DNA from: a bacterium
Lineage (GTDB): Bacteria > Patescibacteriota > Doudnabacteria > UBA920
Assembly: GCA_021791515.1 (NCBI GenBank)
Contig: JAJYWK010000008.1
Span: 1 to 41,050 of the forward strand
Direction of reading: 5' to 3'
DNA: 41,050 bases
The notes under the pieces are model-generated. The model searched no databases, was not told the origin of the DNA, and saw nothing but the letters and a program-made list of their open reading frames with translations. Below, piece by piece: positions 27,044-36,681 of the stretch. The first letter of the stretch is position 1. The number at the start of each line of letters is the position of its first letter. Made by a program: the position numbers and the translations under genes.

Positions 27044-27257
27044 TAAAAAAATAGATAAAACCGACCTGGAAGAGCTGAGAAAAAGGGAGGAACTGATTAA
27101 CCAGCACATACTGATTACCCAGGCCCTGCAAACGCAAAGACAGTCTTTTCTCTTAAGCCGGTTTTCCAAATACGGTCTGGACATTTCCAAAGAATACAAC
27201 ATTGATTTAAAAACCGGCAGGGTCACGGAAAATAAACAACCACAAGTTCGTAAATAA
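27036..27257 (+). CDS. Hypothetical protein
   Basis: 73 aa; overlaps the dcm stop. Confidence 0.6.
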   Translation: MFSKKIDKTDLEELRKREELINQHILITQALQTQRQSFLLSRFSKYGLDISKEYNIDLKTGRVTENKQPQVRK

Positions 27258-27263
27258 ATTTTT

Positions 27264-28346
27264 ATGGCGGTTATAAATTGGGAAGAATTTAAAAAACAAT
27301 TTCAGGACTTGCGCGACAGCATTACGCCTCAGGATGGATCAACCGGCGATTTGTCGGCGACCACTTTTGATTTGCCGACCCTGCAAAAACAAATAACAGA
27401 CAATACCACGGCCCTTAAAACCGCGCAGGACAGCCTGAAAAATTTCCAGGCCGATACTTACAACAAGTATTACAACGAATCCGGTTTAAATTCCATGAAG
27501 GACCAAATTGCGGCAAAGGATGCAGAAATTACCTCGGCAAAACAGACGCGGGACACATCCATTAGCAAAACCCGGCAAAATCCTTACTACTCGGCCGCCA
27601 ATATTACCGGCGAATCGTCCGAAATAGCCAACGCGGCCAATGCGGACATTAACAACCTAATCGAAGAACGAAACGGTCTCGCCAGCCAGTACAATTCCGG
27701 ACTGGACGACATCTCGAAAAAAGTGGCGCGTGAAGCCTCGGACAAACAGCAGGAAATAGACGACTACAAATATAACCTCGGCAACCTTCAGCAACAGGTC
27801 GCCAATTACCAGAATGTCCGCAGCCAGGAATTACAGAAAAAAACCACGGATGAACAGTGGGCCGCCGAATTCGGATTAAAGCTCCAGGAACTGGAAAGCC
27901 AGGCTAAACAAAACAACGCCGGGACTTCCACCGAATGGGAACGCTTCAGCTCCAGAGTTGCGACCGGCGCGGAGCCTGATCCGGCACTTAGGGCCACGGC
28001 TCAAAGATTGATCGATCAGGGCATAGACGATCCGGCCCGTACCGGCTACACGGGTGAAACCGCGGCCAGGATAGAATCGGAACTGGGCTGGCTAAAACAG
28101 CAGCAACCGGCCGACCAGCAGAACAAGGCAAAGAGCATGACCACCAGCGAAAGTACTTTCCGGAGGGAAATAAGGGACGCCTGGAAAGAAGGATACGACC
28201 CTGACCAGCTAAAGCAGGCGTACGGCAGCGTACAGTTTACCGATTCCACCAAATCCCCCCAGGATATTATTGACGACGAATGGAACATTAAAACACGCGG
28301 CGGCGTCAGGGGATGGCTTGGCAGGCTTTTCAGGGCAGGAGTCTAG
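27264..28346 (+). CDS. Coiled-coil internal virion/ejection protein (putative)
   Basis: Q/N/A-rich heptads; precedes the large ejection protein. Confidence 0.55.
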   Translation: MAVINWEEFKKQFQDLRDSITPQDGSTGDLSATTFDLPTLQKQITDNTTALKTAQDSLKNFQADTYNKYYNESGLNSMKDQIAAKDAEITSAKQTRDTSISKTRQNPYYSAANITGESSEIANAANADINNLIEERNGLASQYNSGLDDISKKVAREASDKQQEIDDYKYNLGNLQQQVANYQNVRSQELQKKTTDEQWAAEFGLKLQELESQAKQNNAGTSTEWERFSSRVATGAEPDPALRATAQRLIDQGIDDPARTGYTGETAARIESELGWLKQQQPADQQNKAKSMTTSESTFRREIRDAWKEGYDPDQLKQAYGSVQFTDSTKSPQDIIDDEWNIKTRGGVRGWLGRLFRAGV

Positions 28347-28429
28347 CCGTTTGCCGGAACGGTGACGCGAAAATATCGATTGTGTGGGGCTTTTTGCCCC
28401 CGGCCGGAGCTTTACAGCAATAAACAACT

Positions 28430-31400
28430 ATGGGCAATTTTTGGAAAAAAATTACAGCGCCTTTCAAAAAGGCAGGCAATGCGGTTAAAAAAACCGTTGG
28501 CGACTTTTTTGCGCCTGTCGCCGGCCAAGTCCGCGTGCGAGACTTCGCCCGCGAAGTGCCGGGAGCGGCAGAAACTGTCGGCAAGAAAGTTTTAGAATTC
28601 GGCAAGGACATTCTCCGTGCGGGTCCTCGCGCTGCGGCATCGGCAACGCTTTCGGTACAAGGCCGTAAGGAAGCCGTGCCGGAAACTCCTATGGAAAAAT
28701 TCCTTTGGGGAGATAAACCAATCAAGGACATACGCGGCACAGGCGAGGAAACTATAAAAGATTTTGGGGGCGGACAGCAGGCTCAAAAAAAGTATGGCCT
28801 GCCATTGGGGGTTGCTTTGACGGCGCTCGATATTATTCCGGTAGTGCCGGAAGAAAAAGCCGGTAAGCAGGTGGTGGAAGAACTTGCTAAAAAATACGGA
28901 GACGACATTGCGCTGGCGATTGTAAAAAAAGGTGGGAAGAAACTGGCAGAACAGGCCTTAAAGGAAGGCGGTGAAAAGTTGGTAGAAAACGCCGGCATAA
29001 AACTTTTGAAATCCGAGCCTGTTATGGAAACTGCAGCCAAGGATATAAAAGATTTAGCGCCTGCCATTGCGGAAGAGGCAGGCAAAATGCAAATCACAGG
29101 TTTGGACCAAGCTGCGGAACAACTCGATAAAACCGGCTCGGCCATTATTGCTGAAGATAAATCCAAACGACTGCGGCTCGTGGTAAAAGATGAGGGTGAT
29201 TTTATCAAGGTCGGGATGGACTCGGGAACAGGTAAGCTGTTACCGACCGATGTTAAACTTCCCGAAAAAAACTTTAAGACAAAACAAGAAGCTTTCGATT
29301 TTATTAAATCGCTGGCCAACCCTGCACAGGATAAAGAGGCGGCTGATACTTTATACCACGGCACTTCAGCTCCGGACTTTAATAAATTCGGTACTAACCT
29401 GGTATACCTTGCCCAGAATGCGGACGAAGCCAAGGCGTTTGCCGAAAATCCGATAATGGGTGGCGGACGCGGATCAGGCATTGCAAGAATTTTGGATGTT
29501 AAAGCTCCGAAAGGAAAAATTAAGGACATCGATGAAGCAGTACAGGCAGCAATAAATGACGGAGAGGATCTTGATGCAGTGATTGCAAAGCAGGCGGCTG
29601 ACGCAAAAAAAGCCGGATATAATTATCTTTCGTTTAACCACCCCAGTGCCGTCGGCGACGGAGATTTTAAAGCAATCGTTTCCATTAATCCCGGCGAACT
29701 TTCAATAGCAAGAGTCGAAAAACTTCCCCCAAACCTCACAACTAAAGCGGAGGAAGCCCTAAATGCCGTTAATGAAAACCGCAATCTGGCGGCAGAGGCG
29801 GGAGATGAAACTGCTCCGGAAGCATTGAGGGCCGACCAAATGAAACCCTCTCCTCCAGGGCAGCCCCTTGCCCCTGCCGAAACCCCGCTGGCCAGCGCGC
29901 CGGCATCCACTCCGGCAAGCGCGCTTGATGCCATAGATAATATGGTCGGTAAAACCAGCACAACGCAAAGTATTAAAGACTGGTTTAAGGGACTGCCACA
30001 GAAATTTACCCAGGCATTCTCCGACCGTTTTGCCGGGATGAAAACTTTCGAGGATAACCTGAGCAAAATGGCGGGCAAGGCCATAGACATTGAATCCAGC
30101 CCGTACGTGGGAGCCAGAATGTATGCGGGCAGGACGGGAATTATAGAGTCAGGCCTTGAGGACTTGCAAAAAATACTCAGCCCGATCAGATCCGAAAGGC
30201 CGGATTTTACCAGATTTATCCTTGCCAAACGTGCGGCGGAACGCGCTGAGCGCGGCTTCAGCAATCCGGCCAGCGTAACCGGACAGGATGCGTTAAAGGC
30301 CCTGGAAGAATTGAAAAATAAGGTCGGCGAAAAAACTTATCAGCTGTTTGAAAAAGCCGAAAGCTCCATGCAGGACTGGGCTGACAGAACCATCCTGAAG
30401 CCGGCCGCGGACGCTGGCATCATTGCCAAAAACACTTACGACTCCATTTTAAACAAGAATAAACACTGGGTTCCGTTCCAGGTGCTGGATTATCTGCCTG
30501 ACCAAAAGCAGGCCGACATGATGAAAACCGGCAATGAAATATTTTCTGTCAGCAAACAGGGAATCATCAAAGGGCTGGAGAGCACCGAAAAAACCATCCG
30601 TGATCCGTTTGAAGCCCTTATAGACAAAGTCAGCAGCGCGGTCAGCCTGATTAAGCGGAACGAGGTGGCGGACAAATTGATAAAACTGCGTGACGCACTG
30701 CCGGAAGGCAAAGACCTTATCCAGCCGCTTGAAAAAACAGCGACCGCTCCCAAAGGCTGGGGTTCCATAAGCGTATTTATAGACGGCAAAAACACCAAAT
30801 GGGCGGTGCCGGAAGAACTGTCTATGGCCATGCACCAGATGAACAACGCCGATGCCGGTATACTGGGGAATTTTCTCAGGTTCACTTCATCCGCTTTCAG
30901 AAAAGGGGCAACCAACCTTTACATTCCATTTTCGCTTTCCAACGCTTTCCGCGACGCGCAGATGGCGGTCATGACTTCCAAGTATGGCTTTAACGCGGCT
31001 AACTGGGTAAAAGGATTTTACGAAGGACTAAAAGGATCGTTTGGCTGGAATTCCAAACTGCTGGATGAATTCAACAAGAGCGGCGGCGGATTCGGCGGCT
31101 TCCTGCAAAGCGCCCGCGACATTGGCGGGATAAAAAATAAATTGTTTGAGCCAAGCTGGTGGAGAAAGACGAAAGCGGTGATTAATCCATTTAATCTCGT
31201 AAGCAATTTTGCCGAAGCCACGGAACTCGCACCGAGGCTTGGCGTGTTTAACAAAGCCTTAAAAAAAGGTGCGTCTACTCTGGAGGCCGCGTACGAGGCC
31301 AGAAATTCTACCATAGATTTTGCCAAAGCCGGACAGGAAATGAGGATCATTAACATGTGGATTCCGTTCGTCAACGCGCGCTGGCAGGCTTTGTTGAATA

Positions 31401-32443
31401 CGGCCCGGGTATTTAAAGACCGGCCAATCCGTTCGGCCGCCAAGGCGAGCGCCCTTATAGTCATCCCCGGAGTAACCACGTATCTTTGGAACACTATTAA
31501 TTATCCCGACCTTTACGATGACATCCCCCAATGGATCAAGGATACCTATTTCCCGATTATTGTTGGCGAAGAAAAAGACAGCAACGGCAACAGAACCCCC
31601 AAAACAGTCATGATCCCCAAAGGCGACGTAGGCCAGATCTTTTACAACCCTCTTGAATATACGATGGAATACATCCGGCGCGGAGAGCCTTCAAACTTTA
31701 CCAGGCTTGCATTGGAATGGATGAGCCAGCTGGCTCCAATGCCATTTACGAGGGACGGCAAAATATCTACCACGCAAATACTTTCCAGCACGCTGCCTCC
31801 CCTGATTAAGACCCCCATAGAGATTGCCACAAATAAATCGTTCTTTACGGACAGTCCGATTGTACCCGGCAGTCTGGAAAACGTTAATCCTACGGAACAA
31901 TACAATGAGAAAACTCCCGGCATTGCTGTAACTGCCGGACGCGCGCTCGGCCTGTCGCCGATGAAACTGGCTTACGGAGTTGAAGGCCTATTGGGAGGAT
32001 TCGGGCGGGAAATTGTTGACCCTACAAAGATTTTGGAATCTTCAATGAATAGGTTCTACCGCTCAACCGGTGGCGCAAAGACTGAAGAAGCCTGGAATAT
32101 AAGGGACGAGGCCGTAACCGGCTACAACACCGCCCGGCAACAGGCCAAAAGAGCCATCCAGGCCAATGACGTAAACGCGGCTTTAAAAATTATTGACAGC
32201 TGGAACGTGGCGGTCGAAAAAATGCTTCCGGATGTCCTGCCGTACCTGGCGCAGGACGATCCAGAAGAGGCAAATAAAATTCGCAATTCGGTTACGTTCA
32301 GCCCCCAGGATATCTCCAAACTCCAAAAGTCCGTCTATAACGACGCAATGGGAAAATCACAGCGGCTTGGCACGAAACCCCAGCTAAACACAACCGATGA
32401 AAGCTCCAGTTTAAAAAAGATGCGGGAATCACTTAAGCGGTAA
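28430..32443 (+). CDS. Large polyvalent ejection protein: ART-PolyVal-like domain plus LPD38
   Basis: LYHGTSAPDFNKF..VYLAQNADEAKAFA; TIDFAKAG..WIPFVNARWQ; YDDIPQWIKD..IPKG..PPLIKTPIEIATNKSFFTDSPIVP. Confidence 0.8.
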   Translation: MGNFWKKITAPFKKAGNAVKKTVGDFFAPVAGQVRVRDFAREVPGAAETVGKKVLEFGKDILRAGPRAAASATLSVQGRKEAVPETPMEKFLWGDKPIKDIRGTGEETIKDFGGGQQAQKKYGLPLGVALTALDIIPVVPEEKAGKQVVEELAKKYGDDIALAIVKKGGKKLAEQALKEGGEKLVENAGIKLLKSEPVMETAAKDIKDLAPAIAEEAGKMQITGLDQAAEQLDKTGSAIIAEDKSKRLRLVVKDEGDFIKVGMDSGTGKLLPTDVKLPEKNFKTKQEAFDFIKSLANPAQDKEAADTLYHGTSAPDFNKFGTNLVYLAQNADEAKAFAENPIMGGGRGSGIARILDVKAPKGKIKDIDEAVQAAINDGEDLDAVIAKQAADAKKAGYNYLSFNHPSAVGDGDFKAIVSINPGELSIARVEKLPPNLTTKAEEALNAVNENRNLAAEAGDETAPEALRADQMKPSPPGQPLAPAETPLASAPASTPASALDAIDNMVGKTSTTQSIKDWFKGLPQKFTQAFSDRFAGMKTFEDNLSKMAGKAIDIESSPYVGARMYAGRTGIIESGLEDLQKILSPIRSERPDFTRFILAKRAAERAERGFSNPASVTGQDALKALEELKNKVGEKTYQLFEKAESSMQDWADRTILKPAADAGIIAKNTYDSILNKNKHWVPFQVLDYLPDQKQADMMKTGNEIFSVSKQGIIKGLESTEKTIRDPFEALIDKVSSAVSLIKRNEVADKLIKLRDALPEGKDLIQPLEKTATAPKGWGSISVFIDGKNTKWAVPEELSMAMHQMNNADAGILGNFLRFTSSAFRKGATNLYIPFSLSNAFRDAQMAVMTSKYGFNAANWVKGFYEGLKGSFGWNSKLLDEFNKSGGGFGGFLQSARDIGGIKNKLFEPSWWRKTKAVINPFNLVSNFAEATELAPRLGVFNKALKKGASTLEAAYEARNSTIDFAKAGQEMRIINMWIPFVNARWQALLNTARVFKDRPIRSAAKASALIVIPGVTTYLWNTINYPDLYDDIPQWIKDTYFPIIVGEEKDSNGNRTPKTVMIPKGDVGQIFYNPLEYTMEYIRRGEPSNFTRLALEWMSQLAPMPFTRDGKISTTQILSSTLPPLIKTPIEIATNKSFFTDSPIVPGSLENVNPTEQYNEKTPGIAVTAGRALGLSPMKLAYGVEGLLGGFGREIVDPTKILESSMNRFYRSTGGAKTEEAWNIRDEAVTGYNTARQQAKRAIQANDVNAALKIIDSWNVAVEKMLPDVLPYLAQDDPEEANKIRNSVTFSPQDISKLQKSVYNDAMGKSQRLGTKPQLNTTDESSSLKKMRESLKR

Positions 32444-32494
32444 AGGCCTGCGCCCTGACCGGAGGCTGTAAGAATCCAGGGAGTCATTAACGTA

Positions 32495-32677
32495 ATGCCG
32501 AAAATTCCAAAGTATGAACAGGGTGGCAAACAGATTTATCAGCAGGCAAAAAAATGCCGTAATTATAAGGATTTTGAGAAATTTATTCATAGCGTTCGTA
32601 TGTTAACTTCAATTAAAATTAGTTGCAACTCCGACTTGTCCACTGACGCATTAGTAATCCATGTCAACGGATTTTAA
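32495..32677 (+). CDS. Hypothetical small protein
   Basis: 60 aa; overlaps the next gene's start. Confidence 0.35.
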   Translation: MPKIPKYEQGGKQIYQQAKKCRNYKDFEKFIHSVRMLTSIKISCNSDLSTDALVIHVNGF

Positions 32678-33968
32678 AAACAAAATACTTTTGGGTGATG
32701 CCAGAGATTTGTTAAAACAACTGCCGGACGAAAGCATAGACTGCTGCATTACTTCGCCACCTTACTGGGGACTTCGCGATTACGGAACCAAGCCGCTGGT
32801 ATGGGACGGCGATCCGTCCTGCCCGCATGAATGGCAAACCGGAAAACAAAAATGGCATTCAGACCGCGGGTCAAACAAAAGAAAAGAAATATTCGACAGA
32901 AGCTTCCAGACAAAAGGTACCTTATCTGACCGCTGTAAAAAATGCGGCGCCTGGCGCGGATCGCTTGGGCAGGAACCCAATATGGATCTGTTTATAAAGC
33001 ACCTGTGCGGCATTTTTGATGAAATAAAAAGGGTTTTAAAAAAGACGGGAACCTGTTGGGTCAATCTTGGCGACACTTACCAGGGCAGTCCGGTCAGCGG
33101 TAAAGAAGGCGGATTCTCCGGCCGGGCGGCAAGAAATAATCCCGATTATGCCAAAGCCATAATCGTAAAGAACAGGCCAAAAAGCGGACTGCCGGACAAG
33201 TGTCTGTGCCAGATCCCCTCAAAGTTCGCCCTTGAAATGGTCGCACGCGGCTGGATACTCCGGAACGAAATAATCTGGCGCAAGCCCAATGCCATGCCGT
33301 CCAGCGCCAGGGACAGGTTTACGGTGGACTTTGAAAAAATGTTCTTTTTCGTAAAATCCGGCCGGTATTATTTTGAACAACAGCTGGAAGATGCGAACAC
33401 CGGTGAAAATATTTACCGCCAGAAGCTTCGTTCCGGCAAAACCTACAACATAAAATATCCGGGCTACCAAAATAATTTTCCGATTCCGCGGCCAGACGGC
33501 AAAAGGAATATGCGATCAGTCTGGTCCATAACTACCAAGCCCTGCAAGGAAGCCCACTTCGCCGTGTTTCCCGAGAACTTGGCCAAGATACCCATACAGT
33601 CCGGGTGTCCGGAATTCATTTGCCGGTCTTGTGGCAGACCAAGAACTAAATTGTTTAAAAAAATAGAAATCGGTAAAGAATATAGTTGCACAAAATACAA
33701 CACTAAAAAATCAACGGCCGGCAGTCTCGCACAAAAACGCCAGGCATACCGGAAAATGGGTTTTGAAAATCCGCCTGCGCCGGAGTTTGTTGGCTACAGC
33801 GACTGCGGGTGCGGCGCGGAATTCAATCGCGGCATAGTTCTGGACCCGTTCATGGGAGCCGGTACGACCGCACTGGTCGCCAAAAAACTCGGCCGCGATT
33901 ACCTCGGAATGGAATTGAACCCGGCTTACGTTAAAATCGCCGAAAAGAGAATAAAAACTCATCATTAA
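32661..33968 (+). CDS. DNA N4-cytosine/N6 methyltransferase (beta class) with Cys-rich insertions
   Basis: ITSPPYWGLRDY, IIWRKPNAMP, HFAVFP, VLDPFMGAGTT, ELNPAY; CPH..CKKC and CRSC..CGC inserts. Confidence 0.92.
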   Translation: MSTDFKNKILLGDARDLLKQLPDESIDCCITSPPYWGLRDYGTKPLVWDGDPSCPHEWQTGKQKWHSDRGSNKRKEIFDRSFQTKGTLSDRCKKCGAWRGSLGQEPNMDLFIKHLCGIFDEIKRVLKKTGTCWVNLGDTYQGSPVSGKEGGFSGRAARNNPDYAKAIIVKNRPKSGLPDKCLCQIPSKFALEMVARGWILRNEIIWRKPNAMPSSARDRFTVDFEKMFFFVKSGRYYFEQQLEDANTGENIYRQKLRSGKTYNIKYPGYQNNFPIPRPDGKRNMRSVWSITTKPCKEAHFAVFPENLAKIPIQSGCPEFICRSCGRPRTKLFKKIEIGKEYSCTKYNTKKSTAGSLAQKRQAYRKMGFENPPAPEFVGYSDCGCGAEFNRGIVLDPFMGAGTTALVAKKLGRDYLGMELNPAYVKIAEKRIKTHH

Positions 33969-33978
33969 TCATATCGGC

Positions 33979-34206
33979 ATGGACAACAAGGAATACCAAA
34001 ATTGCATGCAGGACAAAAGACTGGACGGACTGGAACAATCCGTCAATGAGATAAAAAATAACCACCTGCCGCACCTGCTGCAAAAACTTACCAAAACCAG
34101 CACTGACGTTGACTGGCTAAAACGGTTTTTCTGGATCGTGGCTACGGCTAGCATTGGCGGGCTGATTACGGCATTACTTAATCTATTAATATCAATTAAC
34201 AAATAA
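33979..34206 (+). CDS. Holin-like protein (XhlA-like, one C-terminal TM)
   Basis: IKNNHLPHL..DVDWLKRFFWIVATASIGGLI; precedes the endolysin. Confidence 0.6.
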   Translation: MDNKEYQNCMQDKRLDGLEQSVNEIKNNHLPHLLQKLTKTSTDVDWLKRFFWIVATASIGGLITALLNLLISINK

Positions 34207-34209
34207 ACT

Positions 34210-34788
34210 ATGCCAAACTCTATTTGGAAAGGCTCGCCGAACTTCTGGGCCGGACGGGAGGGTCACAAACCGCAGGGAATCGTTATCCATATTATGGCCG
34301 GAACGCTGATCGGCACTGACAGCTGGTTTAACAACCCTAAATCACAAGTAAGCGCTCACTATGGTATTGGGAAAAACGGCGAAATTCACCAGTACGTAAA
34401 AGAAGAAGATTCGGCCTGGCAGGCAGGGACTGTTTCAAACCCCAGTACTCTGCTGGTTAAACCCGGCATTAATCCCAATCTGTATACCATTGGCATTGAA
34501 CACGAAGGGTCGGAAAGTGATGTCTGGACCGAAGAAATGAAAAACGCAAGCGCAGCCTTGATCAAAGACATTTGCATGCGTTGGAGTATTCCGATTGATC
34601 GCAACCACATAATCGGCCACTACCAGATCACCAGCAAAAAACCCAACTGTCCGGCAATAAACAAAAGCATCATAGACGAACTGGTAGCCAGGGCGGCTTT
34701 GCAGCAGGCACCCTCTCCTTCGCTGGTCGAGGAAGGAATAAAGAAAATTGAGGAAGGGCTTGCAATAATTAAGAACAACATTAAATAA
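34210..34788 (+). CDS. Endolysin, N-acetylmuramoyl-L-alanine amidase
   Basis: IVIHIMAG, VSAHYGI, AWQAG, TIGIEHEG, IIGHYQI, NCP. Confidence 0.9.
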   Translation: MPNSIWKGSPNFWAGREGHKPQGIVIHIMAGTLIGTDSWFNNPKSQVSAHYGIGKNGEIHQYVKEEDSAWQAGTVSNPSTLLVKPGINPNLYTIGIEHEGSESDVWTEEMKNASAALIKDICMRWSIPIDRNHIIGHYQITSKKPNCPAINKSIIDELVARAALQQAPSPSLVEEGIKKIEEGLAIIKNNIK

Positions 34789-34789
34789 T

Positions 34790-34966
34790 ATGACCATATT
34801 CAAATCAGCCAGCAAAATAGTGTTCATCTTGATGGCCTTGGCTACCGTAGGCGCGCTATTTGTCGGTAAAATTACCGGCGAACAATTCCTTGTCCTGACC
34901 GGCATGGCGTTCTCGTTCTACTTTTCCAGCAAAGGCGATGCCACTCAACCATACGCAGGAAAATAA
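34790..34966 (+). CDS. Small two-TM holin (58 aa, absent from the ORF track)
   Basis: MTIFKSASKIVFILMALATVGALFVGKITGEQFLVLTGMAFSFYFSSKGDATQPYAGK; starts 1 nt after the endolysin stop. Confidence 0.75.
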   Translation: MTIFKSASKIVFILMALATVGALFVGKITGEQFLVLTGMAFSFYFSSKGDATQPYAGK

Positions 34967-35033
34967 TAAACGCGCTGGTATACATGAGGAAAAAGTGTTA
35001 AAATAAAGGCAAATTAGAGTCATCCATAATACC

Positions 35034-36674
35034 ATGACTGACGTATTAACAGTCGCCCAACGATCATATAATATGTCTAAAATCCGGTCTACCGAAACCG
35101 GGCCGGAAATTCTGCTTCGGAACCTGCTTATTTCAAGAGGTCTGTCCGATTTTGAAACTCAACCGAAAACGATTTTTGGTAAACCGGATTTTTATTTCTA
35201 TAACCGGAAATCAGCTATTTTTGTTGACGGCTGTTTTTGGCACGGTTGCAAAACCTGCTTTCATGCACCGCAGACAAATAAAAAATTTTGGAGTTCAAAA
35301 ATAAAATCAAACATTATACGGGATAATAATGTTAATAAAACTTTGGCAAATGGCGGAATAGAAGTCATCAGGGTTAAGGAGCATGAACTGAAACAGAATC
35401 CGGATGATGTCGTAAAAAAAATTGAAGGCAAATTACCACCCGATAATCGTCCAAAAGTATTGGATCTGTTCGCCGGAGCGGGAGGACTTTCAGAGGGCTT
35501 TATTCAGGCTGGTTGCGAAATCGTCAGTCACATAGAAGCCGACAAAAAAGCCTGTAGCACTCTTGTAACGCGCATGGTATACCATGCGCTTAAAAAGAAA
35601 AATCGGCTTGACGATTATAAAAATTACGTTCTTGGCAAAACCACACGCGATGCGATTATTAAAAAGCACGGGCTTCAAAACGCGGAGAGTTCTGTAATAT
35701 ACGAAAAGATTGGCGAAAATAACTATCAGGATCTGATTACAAAGGTAAAAGAACGCCTGAACGGGGCAAGGCTCGACATTATCGTCGGCGGCCCTCCCTG
35801 CCAGGCCTACTCTCATATAGGCCGGGCCCGTGACGATCAGAACATGCGCCGGGATGAGCGTAACTTTCTTTACCGGTATTATGTTGAATTCCTTAAAGCC
35901 CTGCAACCAAAAGTATTTGTTTTTGAAAATGTACCCGGTCTTGAAGATGCTGGTAAAGGTAAGTACCTGCGGGATATGCGTGGCCTTATGAAGAAAGCGG
36001 GCTACACTACTGACTATAAAATTTTGAATGCCGTTAACTATGGCGTTCCCCAGAACAGAAAAAGAATTATTCTGGTAGGATGGAATAAAGATTCCGGCCT
36101 CAGTGGCTATCCTGATTTCCCGGAAGTCAAACGCGAATATCTTGTTAAAGATTTTTTTACCGGATTGCCAAATATTAAAGCGGGTAAGGACAGGCCAGCC
36201 GGAGTATTTTCCGTGCAAAATGACCTTTTGGAAAAACTTGGTATTACTAATCCGCAGGTTGGTATCCTTATGGATCATGTTTCCCGGCCTCATATAAAAA
36301 GAGATTTGGCAATTTACAGACGTGCCGTGTTGTTAAAGCAGCAAGGAAAAAATTTGAAATACAATAACCTTCCAAAATATTTAAAAACACACACCAATGA
36401 GGAAGGGTTTTTGGACAGATTTAAAGTGGTTGATGCCGATGCCCGGGGTTCTCATACTGTTGTTGCACACATAGCAAAAGACGGTCATTATTATATTCAT
36501 CCGGACATCAGGCAAAACCGGTCTTTGACTGTCAGGGAGGCTGCTAGGCTGCAAACATTCCCCGATGACTATAAATTTGAAGGGGAAATAGGCCCCCGGT
36601 TTAAACAGATCGGCAACGCCGTGCCGCCATTATTCGCAAAAATAATTGCTTCAACAATACTCCAGTATTTTTAA
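35034..36674 (+). CDS. dcm: Vsr very-short-patch endonuclease fused to DNA (cytosine-5)-methyltransferase
   Basis: QRSYNMSKIRS..PE..GKPDF..FVDGCFWHGC..FWSSKI..N..RD (Vsr), then DLFAGAGG, GGPPCQ, FENVPG, PQNRKR, TVREAARLQTFPD, GNAVPP in one frame. Confidence 0.92.
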   Translation: MTDVLTVAQRSYNMSKIRSTETGPEILLRNLLISRGLSDFETQPKTIFGKPDFYFYNRKSAIFVDGCFWHGCKTCFHAPQTNKKFWSSKIKSNIIRDNNVNKTLANGGIEVIRVKEHELKQNPDDVVKKIEGKLPPDNRPKVLDLFAGAGGLSEGFIQAGCEIVSHIEADKKACSTLVTRMVYHALKKKNRLDDYKNYVLGKTTRDAIIKKHGLQNAESSVIYEKIGENNYQDLITKVKERLNGARLDIIVGGPPCQAYSHIGRARDDQNMRRDERNFLYRYYVEFLKALQPKVFVFENVPGLEDAGKGKYLRDMRGLMKKAGYTTDYKILNAVNYGVPQNRKRIILVGWNKDSGLSGYPDFPEVKREYLVKDFFTGLPNIKAGKDRPAGVFSVQNDLLEKLGITNPQVGILMDHVSRPHIKRDLAIYRRAVLLKQQGKNLKYNNLPKYLKTHTNEEGFLDRFKVVDADARGSHTVVAHIAKDGHYYIHPDIRQNRSLTVREAARLQTFPDDYKFEGEIGPRFKQIGNAVPPLFAKIIASTILQYF

Positions 36675-36681
36675 TAACCAT

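Larger units (their letters stand above)
1..34966 (+). mobile_element. Prophage late region (podovirus-like morphogenesis and lysis), interrupted by an accessory island at about 4480-14300; left end outside the window
   Basis: Co-oriented terminase, portal, scaffold, capsid, adaptor, nozzle, fibre, ejection, holin and endolysin genes. No tape measure, sheath, integrase or att site visible. Confidence 0.85.
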
